Assembly (NCBI GenBank): GCA_026936335.1 | Contig: JAPMXV010000049.1 | Coordinates: 434,001 to 498,000 of the forward strand | Source of the DNA: Mantamonas sphyraenae STR306 | Lineage: Eukaryota; Protista; CRuMs | Direction of reading: 5' to 3' | DNA length: 64,000 nt | Shown here: piece after piece, positions 13,001-23,377 of the stretch | Layout of the letters: each line of letters begins with the position of its first letter | How positions within the stretch are numbered: position 1 is the stretch's first letter | The notes under the pieces: model-generated | The model's input: only the letters and a program-made list of their open reading frames with translations | Told to the model about the DNA's origin: nothing | Database searches by the model: none | Program-made: the position numbers and the translations under genes

Positions 13001-15468
13001 CACCAGGGTGCCGTTGCTGAGCAACACCACCACGGCGGAGCCCGGGCCGCTGCCGCTGGCCACACACCACTGGCTCACCGTGGCTGCGTTGGGACCCGTG
13101 GAGGGCAGGGTGAGTGCATCGGGCAGGGCGTCGCCCATGGTGCCGTTTTCGTGGCCCACGTCCACACTGCTGCTCTGTCCCAGCAGGTTGTTGTACGATT
13201 CGCCCCAGCACTTGATGCGACGGCCCGTGGTGGCACACCAGCCACCCGTGGGCTTGCCACTGGCCATGGACACCGTGGGCAGTGCCAGCAGACGCGTGGC
13301 ATGGAACCCCGTGCCCAGATCGATGTGAATCTGACGGTCTGCCGTCACGCGACGGTTGGTGATGTTGCCATACCCGGACGACATCTCATGGTTGTTGGTT
13401 TTCAGCACGGAAAAGTCGCCCAGGAGACGCACGGTGCCGTCGGCAAACACCACGCCGGTGTTGCCGTAGGGACGTCGGTTTTGGGTGTCGATAAACACCA
13501 GGTTGGCAGAGACGACAACGTCCACGGGCACCTTGCCCGGTCCAAAGTCCAACACGGGATTCTTGTTGCCCATCTGGAAGGGCTTGGTGCCACGGGACAG
13601 CGGCTGGTTGGCAGGCACGCCCAGCTGGCCGGCGTCGTTGGCACCCCAGCACTTGACGCGGTTGCCCGCCGTGGACGAGGTGTCGTACGAGACCAGCGCA
13701 CACGTGTGCACGTTGGTGTTGGACACCTTGAGCACCTCGTAGTTGCCCGTGTCGATGGCACACAATTGGTCGCCCATGCCCAGGCCGCCCTCGCCTGCAT
13801 CCTGCGCAAAGGGGCCCATCACACCGTTGTTGGCACCCCAACACTTGATTTGATCGTCGTCCAGCAGGGCACAGGTGTGACCCACACCGAGCACCACGTC
13901 CACCACAGTGCGGTTCTGGCCCAGGTCGATCACGGGCAGGTTGCTGCCCATGTGCGCCGGCGACACACCCAACACCTCCCCCACGGGGAAGTTCACGCCG
14001 AGCTCGCCGGCCTCATTGAAGCCCCAGCACGACAGGGTGCCGTCGGTAAACACCACACACGTGCGCAGTGTCTCGGAGCTCATGCGCAGCACCCGTGCGG
14101 GCTTGGGCAGATCCACGCGCGAGGCGTTCATAAAGATCTGCGGCGAGCCGTGCACGTAGCCCAGACCCAGCTGGCCCAATTCGTTGCTGCCCCACGTCCA
14201 CACACTGCCGTCGTCCAGCAGCACGGCGGCATACGGACCGGGTGACTCCTTGATGCCCGAGGGGATGGGAAAGCCAAACTGCGGATCGATGGTGGTCGTC
14301 TCTCGCGACGTCAGCGTGGGCGAGTAGCCGTCGGCACACGCAATGGAGGACAGCGTGCGACCGGCAGGCAGACCCGTCACCAGGAACTCGCCCTTGGTGA
14401 TGGAGCCAAACGAGTACGACAGGTAGTAGTTGTTGTTGATCAGGTCAAAGTTCACCCAGCACAACACGGACCCGTTGTTCTTCAACTCGCCACACATCAT
14501 GTTGCGCGAGCGGCACACGTTGTCCGTAAAGTACTGGTTCGAGTCGCGCGACGTCTTCAGGTTGTTGCCCATTTCGTTCGGCTGATCGCCCACGTACGAC
14601 GGCCCAAACCCACCGCCAGGGTACCACGGTCCCACCGCCGCCTGGGAGCCCCATCCCACAAGCGTGCCGTCGGTATAAAGCATGCCCATGGTACGTCCTC
14701 CACACACCATCTTCTTCGGGGTCGCTGGCGCAAGCGAAGGCAGCTCCAGCCACGGCGTTTGCCACGCCGTGCACGGTCCCGTCGTACATTGGAGTCCATC
14801 AAAGATGTTTGTCGGGTTGTTCGACGCCCAGCCTGTGCCTTGGAGGCCCCAGCAGCGCACGCGGTTCTCTGTGGTCAGAGCACACGCCGCCTCTTCTTTG
14901 ATGCAGAAATCCTTGATCTTGGTCTGGTTGCCCGTGCCATCGTCGCCCAGGTCAAGCGGCAGCGTGTTGGAACCCCACGTGTCACTGCTCAGACCCTGTG
15001 GCTGGACGGAGCCCACACCGTGCTTGGCATACGTGTTCCTATGCAGTGTCACGGCGCCGCCGAAATGAAAAAAACGGAGGATTGCACAAACGCGTCAGAG
15101 AACTGGTCGACCGTTGCAGAAAACGGGAACCTTTCCCGCTCCTCTATCTTCACTGTTCCGTGGCACTTACGTTCCCAAGCAGCGCAGTTGGTCGTTGCGC
15201 ATATAGCAAAAGTCCTCTCCGCCGCCCCACATGTTTTGGATGGGGCCAGCTATGCGCGTTCGTGCGGTATTGCGGTTTTGCGCGTGTGAGCAAAGATTGT
15301 TTGGCGCCCAAGGCAAAACATGCGCAGCCTCGGCGACGTTTGCACGCCATGCACCCACCGCATGGACACATTCATACGCATGCATGGCGCCCTCTTATCA
15401 TCATGCTTACCGTTCACCTGTGACACAGCCACGCAAATTGCAAGTAGCACGTAGACACGGATTGTCAT
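10037..15468 (-). CDS. Large cell-surface protein: signal peptide, RCC1/BLIP-II-like repeats, Cys-rich GCC2/GCC3 (ephrin-receptor-like) repeats, multi-TM C-terminus; exons 15468-15411, 15249-15171, 15038-10037
   Basis: Exon 1 encodes MTIRVYVLLAICVAVSQVN (signal peptide). Repeated HTCALL..IKCWGAN..GQLG motifs, then CxxCxxGTF repeats and about 8 hydrophobic segments including FGFLYAGYEPKAWYYE. Splicing restores an RCC1 repeat (LRCLGTNTYAKHG). Confidence 0.85.
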
Positions 15469-15544
15469 CAAAATTGCTTTTGTTGTTTTGGAGTGCGCGG
15501 TTGTTGGCTCTCACTGCACGCATCAGGAAGGAGACCATCACACA

Positions 15545-18217
15545 TCATCGCTTCTTCTTCTGCCCGACACGCACCGCCTTGCGAGACGACGTCTTTGCCT
15601 CTCCTGCATACTTCTTGCGCTCCTTCTTGCTCATGACATTCTTGTTGCGTGCGCCTTTGCCACCCTCCCAGAACTTGGAGCCCGTCTTGCCCGTAAGGCC
15701 GCCGCCACAGCTGCGACATGTCTCGTTGCTTGCCGACTGCGACTTGCAGCAGAAGCCGCACACCTGCGTGGCCGCATGTGTGGCTGTGTGTTTCTCCACC
15801 TTGTTGTGGCAGTCGTCACACGGGTACGCCTTGCCACAGCAGTTGAACCGGAACCAGCGGAAACTCTTTTTGTAGTGGCTGCATGCACCCATCTTGGGCA
15901 GCGCCGATCCGGGCTTGATTGCAGGATCGTGCACCGCTCGCGCTTTGCGTTTCTGTGCACGCATGCGCATCAGCGCCTCCCGCTCTGGATCGCCCGACCT
16001 GCGCACACGACTCAACTTGACTGTTTCCAGCGCCACACTCATGGATGCATGGCATCCCCTGCAGTTGACAGTGACGTTGCTTCCGGCTCGCAGGTCCTTC
16101 AGCTTGCTCTTCTTGCTGCATGAGAAGCACGACGCCATGTAGTCGGACGGCAGTGCATCAAACGCATGACACCCTTCGAGGTCCAGATAGCCTGCAATGG
16201 AGCTCGACTCGTGCATGTACGCAACGCGCAGCCCGACAGTCATTGTGCTTTCGCACTTGCCACACGGTACAGACCCTGTCGTGTTTCCAAAGATCCGAAC
16301 GTCCGACTTGCTGTTGCACTTGTTACATCCTAGCGTGATGCCCATCTGGTGTATCTCCAACACGCCTACCTTGGCCATCCGCAGCCCAATCAGGGCGATT
16401 TCCGTTCCTCGAGCGGCTGTGCTCATGCTCGATCGCAACGCACTGCCCAAGGCCGACTGCAACGCTGCCTCTTCATCCTCGTCCGCCTGTTCGTCGTCTC
16501 CTCCGCCGCCGCCACCTCCGCTGCTGCTCCCTTCGCCACCTTCCTGCCCGCCAATCAACACCATGTCGCCTCTCTCCTTCTGCAACTCTCGCTCCAAGTC
16601 AAACTCGGTGCCGTTCTGAAGTGCCCGTTGGGCTGCTTTGCGCAGTTTGTACAATTCGTTCAGCTCGTCCAGTGCCGTTGAGCTCTCCAGATCCACGCCT
16701 GCAATCCGCCTTTCAATTTCGGTCATGGAGTTGCGTGTCGTTTCCTCTGCACTCAGCTGCACGCGCGGTTGTTCCTCCACTCTGCTGGAAGATGATGATG
16801 AGGATGATGAGGATGATGAGGATGACGACGACGACGACGACGAGCTGCTGCTGCTGCTGCTGCTGCTGTTGTTCTTGGCTGCGTTTGCCCGGGTTGCCTT
16901 TCGAAGCAACGAAAAGGACAGACCATCGTCGTCACTGTCCTCCTCTTCCTCATTCTCTTCTCCGTCCTCGTTTCCCCCCTCTTCTCCTCCTTCTTGCGCC
17001 TGTGACTGTTCCATGGACGCCACTTCCGCATCAAACTCCTCTCGCTCCTTCTGTGCCTTGAAACTAATGATCTCCACGCTTCCCATGCGTGTTTGTTGCG
17101 TCTGGACCACTCTGTCGCGGGTTTCCATCACGCTGGTGCCCAAAAGATTCGTTTCAGCCGCCACTTCCTCGTCAATCAGCATTTCCTCCATGTTGTCGCT
17201 CAACCACTCCAGCAAACGCTGCACCATGGGCTCCCCAAGGATCTCCGCACCCATCATGTACAGCGTACGTGTGATGTTGTTCCTCAGCTTGCTTGCCAGT
17301 GTCCTGTTGGTCACGTAGATCTGGCACGGCTCCTGCATCGGATACAATTCACTCAGCACAATCTTGCAGTTCAACTCCTCCACGTCAAACGGAAACTCTG
17401 GGTCACTGGGTCTCACTGCGTACAACAGCGTGCGTTCCTTGCCCGCCCCTCCAATCACCTTCAGTTCATCTCCAAACTCGTCGCACAGCGCGGCGATTTC
17501 AAAGTCCAGCATCATCTGCCTGTCCTCCTCCGTCACCTCTCCCTCCTCCTCGCTCTCATCCTCCCCGTCGTCGCTCTCCTCCTCCTCCTCCTCGTCATCC
17601 TCCTCTTCGCCCTCCTCCTCCTCCTCCTCCTCTTCATCCGACGAGTCGGAAAGGTCGGAAAAGTCTTCCAACTCGGCATCCAGCGCCGCCAGATCTTCCG
17701 AATCCAGCTCCGCCACAAGCGCTTGCACGTCTTGGCCCTTGGCCACCTCTGCCTTGCTTGTCATGTCGTGGCCCGCCTCCTCCACCTCCTGTTGTTGTTG
17801 GTTGGACAGATCCAACACGTTTCCCTTGCGCTGTGGTATCGCTGTGGGTGCCGTCGGCGGCGGCGGTTGCTGCGTTTCGGCCGCCTTTGAGTTGCCGCTG
17901 CTCGCTGTGCAATTGCGAGAGATGTGGCCCTGTTCACCGCACTTGTAACACCTCACTGTGTTGTTGTTGCGTCGTCCGCGTCCCCGTGGCTTGCCTCGGC
18001 CCCTGCCCCGGCCCTGTTCCCCGTCTGCGGCGGCATTCGTCTTTGATTCCTGAGACGACTTCTCAGAAGTTGATCCTCGTCCCCGCGATCTCCCTCGTCC
18101 GCCCCTGCGTCCTCCTCGTCCTCCACGCCCTCCACCACGGCGACCATTGGAGCGGCTTGCCTCCGCTTGCTGCTCTGGTTTGCCTCCCTGGCCTTGGCTC
18201 CCCTGTTGCGAGGACAT
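15545..18217 (-). CDS. RGG / CCHC zinc knuckle / RWD-like / CHY zinc-finger protein (890 aa)
   Basis: RGG-rich N-terminus, CYKCGEQGHISRNC knuckle, PSDPEFPFDVEEL...YP RWD-like segment, CxxC ribbons, and C-terminal CHY motif CSHYKKSFRWFRFNCCGKAYPCDDCH. Confidence 0.85.
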   Translation of the reverse strand: MSSQQGSQGQGGKPEQQAEASRSNGRRGGGRGGRGGRRGGRGRSRGRGSTSEKSSQESKTNAAADGEQGRGRGRGKPRGRGRRNNNTVRCYKCGEQGHISRNCTASSGNSKAAETQQPPPPTAPTAIPQRKGNVLDLSNQQQQEVEEAGHDMTSKAEVAKGQDVQALVAELDSEDLAALDAELEDFSDLSDSSDEEEEEEEEGEEEDDEEEEEESDDGEDESEEEGEVTEEDRQMMLDFEIAALCDEFGDELKVIGGAGKERTLLYAVRPSDPEFPFDVEELNCKIVLSELYPMQEPCQIYVTNRTLASKLRNNITRTLYMMGAEILGEPMVQRLLEWLSDNMEEMLIDEEVAAETNLLGTSVMETRDRVVQTQQTRMGSVEIISFKAQKEREEFDAEVASMEQSQAQEGGEEGGNEDGEENEEEEDSDDDGLSFSLLRKATRANAAKNNSSSSSSSSSSSSSSSSSSSSSSSSSSSSRVEEQPRVQLSAEETTRNSMTEIERRIAGVDLESSTALDELNELYKLRKAAQRALQNGTEFDLERELQKERGDMVLIGGQEGGEGSSSGGGGGGGDDEQADEDEEAALQSALGSALRSSMSTAARGTEIALIGLRMAKVGVLEIHQMGITLGCNKCNSKSDVRIFGNTTGSVPCGKCESTMTVGLRVAYMHESSSIAGYLDLEGCHAFDALPSDYMASCFSCSKKSKLKDLRAGSNVTVNCRGCHASMSVALETVKLSRVRRSGDPEREALMRMRAQKRKARAVHDPAIKPGSALPKMGACSHYKKSFRWFRFNCCGKAYPCDDCHNKVEKHTATHAATQVCGFCCKSQSASNETCRSCGGGLTGKTGSKFWEGGKGARNKNVMSKKERKKYAGEAKTSSRKAVRVGQKKKR

Positions 18218-18270
18218 CCTGACACGTCGATTTGCTCCAACCGGCGCAAAGCATCCACACGGGCTTCCGC

Positions 18271-21200
18271 ATGTCCTCCCACGGCCCCAAGCTACTCACC
18301 TTTCAGGTGCAATCCCGCCTGGTGGCTGGTGTGCCTCTGGTGGATTCGGCCAATGGCCAACCCCTGGAGCTCACCGATGTCTTGCAGGCCCTCGACACCA
18401 AAACACGCAACCCGCCCAAGCGCCTCACAGGCATCATGACACACGACAACTACTACATATCTCCGTCATACAACACAGCAGAGGTCCAAGAGACCCTCGA
18501 CAAGCACCGTTCCCATGGGTTGGCCTTGCAAACTCTCGATGGTGTGTTGGTGTGCCCTCCCACCACCCCCCATCCCCATCCACCACCCCGCCGTTTGTGT
18601 CTCCTGTCCCGGTCTGACCCGTTTACGTGTGTGTTCTTGTCTCCCATCGAAACTCCATTGCCTGTCTCCTCCACCGCAGATGAGGACTATGAGGAGCGCA
18701 GAGACAAGGTGTTGGCCGATCTGGGCCAGCTGGAGTTGCCAAGGCAACTTGGCCCCACCCGTTCCTACAAACCGCCCCTGCGCGTCGACCAGGTCCACCC
18801 AGACATCTTTTTCATGTTCTCCGGCCCACTGGTCATGCGCAAGGACAAGCGTTCCCTCAAGGGTATCGCAGCGTTGGAGCTGCTTCTGGAATACGAGAAC
18901 CTTGTGGCAGGCTTGCGCGACACTCGTGGGTTGACCGGCATCCACATCCTTTTTGTTTCCATACGACACACTCTTAACCCCCCCCCCTTCACACACACAC
19001 ACACAGAGTCGCCGGTGTCCATTGCACCATGCAACGCCACCCAACACAACCTGCTGAGCGTGCAGAACAGCGGCTGCAAGATTTTACACTACTCTGGCCA
19101 CGGCGAGAAAGGCACGCTGCTGTTTGAGGACGACAGTGGGCTTGCAGTCAAGTACAGCATCGATCAACTCAAACTGGACTGGCGGGCCAGCGTCAACGCG
19201 TCCATCCAGCTGGTGTTTGTGTCTGCGTGCTACTCGGGCATGGTTGGCGACGCCTTTGCCGAACTCAAGGTGCCCCACGTCATCTCAGCCGGCGACGAAC
19301 CCATCAGCGACGACATTGCACGCGTGTGGTCGGTCACCTTTTACTCGTTGTTGCTGGAGGGCCACACCGTGCGTGACAGCTTCGACCGTGCCACCGCACA
19401 CACCAAACACAGGATGCACGGCCTGTTGAACCGGTCGAAACTCATGAACGAGACTGCCCTCTCGCAGTTCCGTCTGCTGCCCGACGACTCACAAGACCCG
19501 TCTCTGCACGACGTGGCCCTGTTTGAACCGGGCTCCATCGGCGACACCCGCGTGCTTCTGTCCAACAACGACGAGAAGGAAATGCTGCCCTCGCTGCCAC
19601 GCGACATTGTGGGTTCCAACATGTCCAAGAATGTCTACGAATTCCTGGCCTTTCTCACCAACACCCGCTCGCGCAAGTCGCGTCTGTTGTGTCTCCACGG
19701 TCGTGCGGGCATCGGCAAGTCCTTGACCGCCCTGCGTCTGGCACACTACCTGGCTGAACGCAAGACGTCGTATCCCGGACGCATCCATTGGGTCAACCTG
19801 CGCTACTGCAACCCGGTGGCCAGCAACAACATCCTCGAACTCCACGGCTCCTTTGTCGAGCCCATTGCCTCCCAGCTGCTCCAGGACGCCGATCTCCTCT
19901 ACGGCGTCAATCTGCAGTTGCCCCCGTGGCCACAGGTCACTGTCGTCCAGGTGCTCAAGGCCATCCAGCTGATTCGCCAGGCCACGGGCAACAAGCTGCT
20001 CCTCTTTCTCGACGACTGCGATCAGATGCTCATCACCGTCACCGAAGACGGCCAGAAGCGCCTCGTCGACTATTCCTTTGTCGACTTTCTCAAGCGACTG
20101 CTCAAACACGTCAACATTGTCCTCACAGCACGCATCCCGGTCATCCAGCTCGACTCGGGCTGCAACAAGTGGCAGTTTGAAGTCAAAGGCCTTGACGAAC
20201 GCGAAGGCTCCACTCTGGCCATCAAAAGTACGTCTTTCGTGTTCCACACCCCACCCCACACACCCCACCTTCTTACTCCATGCCGACTACCTTTTACTCA
20301 CACACACACTCACACAATCACTTGCAGATCTGCGCACCATCGACATTGACTCGGACGAAGCGAAATCGCGCATCTCCAAGATCCTCAGGCGGCTGGGGCC
20401 CATCTCACGCAAGTCAATCGTATGGTCGCCTATGAGGCTGTTGCAAACGTGCAGCATGGTTTCGGACGAGGTGATGGCGGCAAGCGACAGCGAGTTTGAC
20501 GCGTGGCTAAAGTCGGCCGAGGCAGAGCTCGCACGTCTGCAAACGTTGCCCCCACCGGTCACGTCGCTGGACAACATTGCCAACGACGACACGCGTGAGT
20601 TTTGGGAACGTGTGGTGGGTCAGAACACAATGATTGGCTGGGACGACTTTTTCGACAACGTGTGCGAACAACGCAGCTATAGCAAGTGGCGCTCCTTGTT
20701 TCGCGATTGGAAGACAGACAACAGTGTTGTGGCCAACTATTTCCGCAACCTGCTGCTGGTGCGTGACAAAGAACACACGGACGCAGAACAGGAATCGTCG
20801 TCGAGCAGCGGCAGCAGCAGCAGCAGCAACGCCAGTGGTGGCGGCGGCGGCGGTGGTAAGGGTGTGGCAGAGGTGCAGGAACAGATCCAAGTGGGCCACT
20901 TTGATGTGCTCGTCAAGATGATGGGCGGGATCAATCGCACTGTGGCGTCCATCAAGTCCATGCTGAACGAACCCTGGTTTGTCGGGTACATGACCAGATC
21001 CCAGGGCATCAAGAAACTGCTCACGCTGCCCCTGGACTCGCCGGGCATTGTGGACATCTGGGCTGCGGATGGCGAAGGCAACGACAAGGCCTTTGTGCGA
21101 TTGGAGGGGTCGGATGAACCGCGCGCCATCCAGTACCTTCACAGACACTTTGTGCTGCGTATCAGCACCATGGACAGTCCCAACTATGGCACCTGCATGT

Positions 21201-21442
21201 TGTGTGTGCTGAACGATGACTATGGCTTTGACCACGTGGCTGTGGACGACGTGGAGGACTCCCGCGGCAACCCCATGGTCCAGTTTCGCACGGTGCATCT
21301 TTCCGACGGCGCACAGGACCCTTACGCACACCTCGGCATGCATGCCACTGTGGCCGATCTCATCGACGCCGCCCTGGACAAGAAGCTCATCGATGCCACG
21401 CACAGCAACAACTACGGCGCAAAGTCGAGTCTGCGCATGTGA
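18271..21442 (+). CDS. CHAT protease - STAND ATPase - EF-hand/SH2 protein, paralogue 1 (~950 aa); exons 18271-18541, 18680-18925, 19007-20227, 20328-21442
   Basis: CHAT motifs ILHYSGHG..LLFED (~19087) and LVFVSACYS (~19222). Walker A GRAGIGKS (~19699), Walker B LLLFLDDCD, sensor IVLTAR. Then REFWERVVG..GWDDF and SH2 PWFVGYMTR...FVLRIS. Three phase-1 GT-AG introns give a continuous frame. Confidence 0.85.
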
Positions 21443-21490
21443 CCTGGATCACCAACAACAACAACACACAACAAAATCGCGCCGTTTCCT

Positions 21491-23227
21491 TTAGTAATGA
21501 CGTCCGTACACATCGTTTCCATCGTCAACCATGCCCAGTGCTGCCGCCAAGGCCTTGTCGGCGTCGGAGGTGGCGGTGACGTTGATGGGCATATCCAACT
21601 TGTTGCCAGCCAGCAACACCAGACGTTGAGCCAGTTTGTTGCCAGCCTCGGTGTAGGCCTCGTCAAACGCCCACGTCAGCTCGGCAGCAGCGTCGCCCAC
21701 CACAGCGTGCACGGCACCCACAAGCTTGCCCTCCGCTGTCAGTCCCACAAAGGCCACCTGTTCGGAATTGTCTGCGTCCAGCACCTCGTCCAGGGACGAT
21801 GAGGCCAGAGAGAGGGTCTCCAGATGGGCTTTGTCGTCTGCGGTGGCCTGGTGCACCTCCAGCTGCGACTCATCGCTGTCAATCAGGTTCCAGGCCATGG
21901 GCGTACCGCGCTCCACGTCCCTGCTTGCCACACGGCCCAACACGTCCGGAAAGTGTTCGGTGTGCATGCCAAACGAAGGACGGATCGACTTGACGTTCTC
22001 CCGCGTAAAGGGCTCGCCTGCCTTGACGTCCTGCACCACAAACAGCGAGCGGCGGAACGCCTTGTTGCTCTTCTCCTTCTTGCCCGACCCGCCAAACGTC
22101 ACCTTGCCGATCGATTTTTCCACAATGCGCACGGTGTCCACCATCTCCTTGAACTCTTGCGGCTCCAGTGAGAACGAACTGTGTGGGACAGCAGTGTGGG
22201 GAGGTGGGGGGGTCAGTACACAGCGAACGAAAAACGGACCCTCTGGTTTCCGTCCGGCCACACACACACACAGACACACACACACCGACGCACACTCAAT
22301 CAGAATGCTGCGCGATGAGATAGCAAGCAAGCAAAACACAGTGGGCATGCGTAAAAAGGAAAGGCAGTGCGAGCTGGCGTCTCTCTCGTACCTGTCGGGG
22401 CCCGGGATGCTGCGGTCGAGGGTAAAGTGCTTCTCGACAATGCGAGCACCCATGGTGACAGCGGCGACAGGAACAGCCACGCCGAGGGTGTGGTCGCTGA
22501 GGCCCGGGGTGGTGTTGAACGTGTTGGCAATGGTGTTCATGGTGATGAGGTTGGCATCCTCAGGCTTGGCAGGGTAGGCAGAGGTGCACTTGAGCACACA
22601 CAGTTGTGTGTTTCCGGCCGCTCGCAACACACGCACGCTCTCGTCGATGTCCGCCAGCGTGGCCATGCCCGTGCTCATGATGATCGGTTTGCCCGTGCGT
22701 GCAATGCGTCGCAGCAGCTGGTGGTCCGTCGACTCGAAACTGGCCACCTTGTACACAGGAGGGTCGATTTCCTTCTCCAAAAAGTCCACCGCCTCCACCG
22801 CAAAGGGCGACGTGAACAGGTCGCAGCCCAGCGAGTTGGCCAGCTCCTTCAACGGCTTGTGCCACTCCCACGGCGTGTATGCCTCCTGGTACAGGTCGTA
22901 CAGCGTGCGTCCATCCCACAGGCCCGTGTTCTTCACCATGAAGTAGTCGTTGTCACAGTCGATGGTGATTGTTTCCGGAGACAGCGTCTGCAGCTTGATG
23001 GCATCTGCGCCAGCTTCCGCGGCTGCTCGTACAAGCTTCTCTGCCATTTCGTAGTCTTGGCCATGGTTGCACGACAGCTCTGCAATGAAGTACGTCGGAT
23101 GGTCGGGGCCCACTGCACGGTCGCCAATGTAGAACGGCGGGTACTTTCCAAAGCCCCCGTCTGCCTTTCCGGCATCACTGCTGCTGTTGTTGTCGTTGCT
23201 GGAAGTGGTTGTGTTTGCGTTGGACAT
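21491..23227 (-). CDS. pseI: Pseudaminic acid synthase-like NeuB-family enzyme with SAF domain and C-terminal GNAT-like extension; exons 23227-22392, 22178-21491 (alternative ATG at 23290)
   Basis: Motifs IAELSCNH, GADAIKLQT, LWDGRTLYDLYQEAYTPWEWH (PseI-like), KPIIMSTGMA, GLSDHTLG, EKHFTLDR and FRRSLF. Removing the 213 nt GTACGA...CAG intron restores PGPDSSFSLEP. Confidence 0.85.
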   Translation of the reverse strand: MSNANTTTSSNDNNSSSDAGKADGGFGKYPPFYIGDRAVGPDHPTYFIAELSCNHGQDYEMAEKLVRAAAEAGADAIKLQTLSPETITIDCDNDYFMVKNTGLWDGRTLYDLYQEAYTPWEWHKPLKELANSLGCDLFTSPFAVEAVDFLEKEIDPPVYKVASFESTDHQLLRRIARTGKPIIMSTGMATLADIDESVRVLRAAGNTQLCVLKCTSAYPAKPEDANLITMNTIANTFNTTPGLSDHTLGVAVPVAAVTMGARIVEKHFTLDRSIPGPDRYERDASSHCLSFLRMPTVFCLLAISSRSILIECASVCVCLCVCVAGRKPEGPFFVRCVLTPPPPHTAVPHSSFSLEPQEFKEMVDTVRIVEKSIGKVTFGGSGKKEKSNKAFRRSLFVVQDVKAGEPFTRENVKSIRPSFGMHTEHFPDVLGRVASRDVERGTPMAWNLIDSDESQLEVHQATADDKAHLETLSLASSSLDEVLDADNSEQVAFVGLTAEGKLVGAVHAVVGDAAAELTWAFDEAYTEAGNKLAQRLVLLAGNKLDMPINVTATSDADKALAAALGMVDDGNDVYGRHY

Positions 23228-23377
23228 CTTTGGTGGTGGGATGTGCGGTCCAAGTTTTGGGATGCTAGCACCAGCGCGAGCCAGCGCCATCCACTCATCA
23301 TCTCACTTCCATGTGCATTCATCCTTCCAACTTCCATTTTTCTGTACCCATTCATCCCTCCCAACACCATCCTCCCT

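Noticed and set aside
17920-17960. CCHC zinc knuckle as evidence of a retrotransposon gag
   Set aside because: It is a single knuckle in an RGG-RWD-CHY cellular protein, with no RT, integrase or LTRs nearby.
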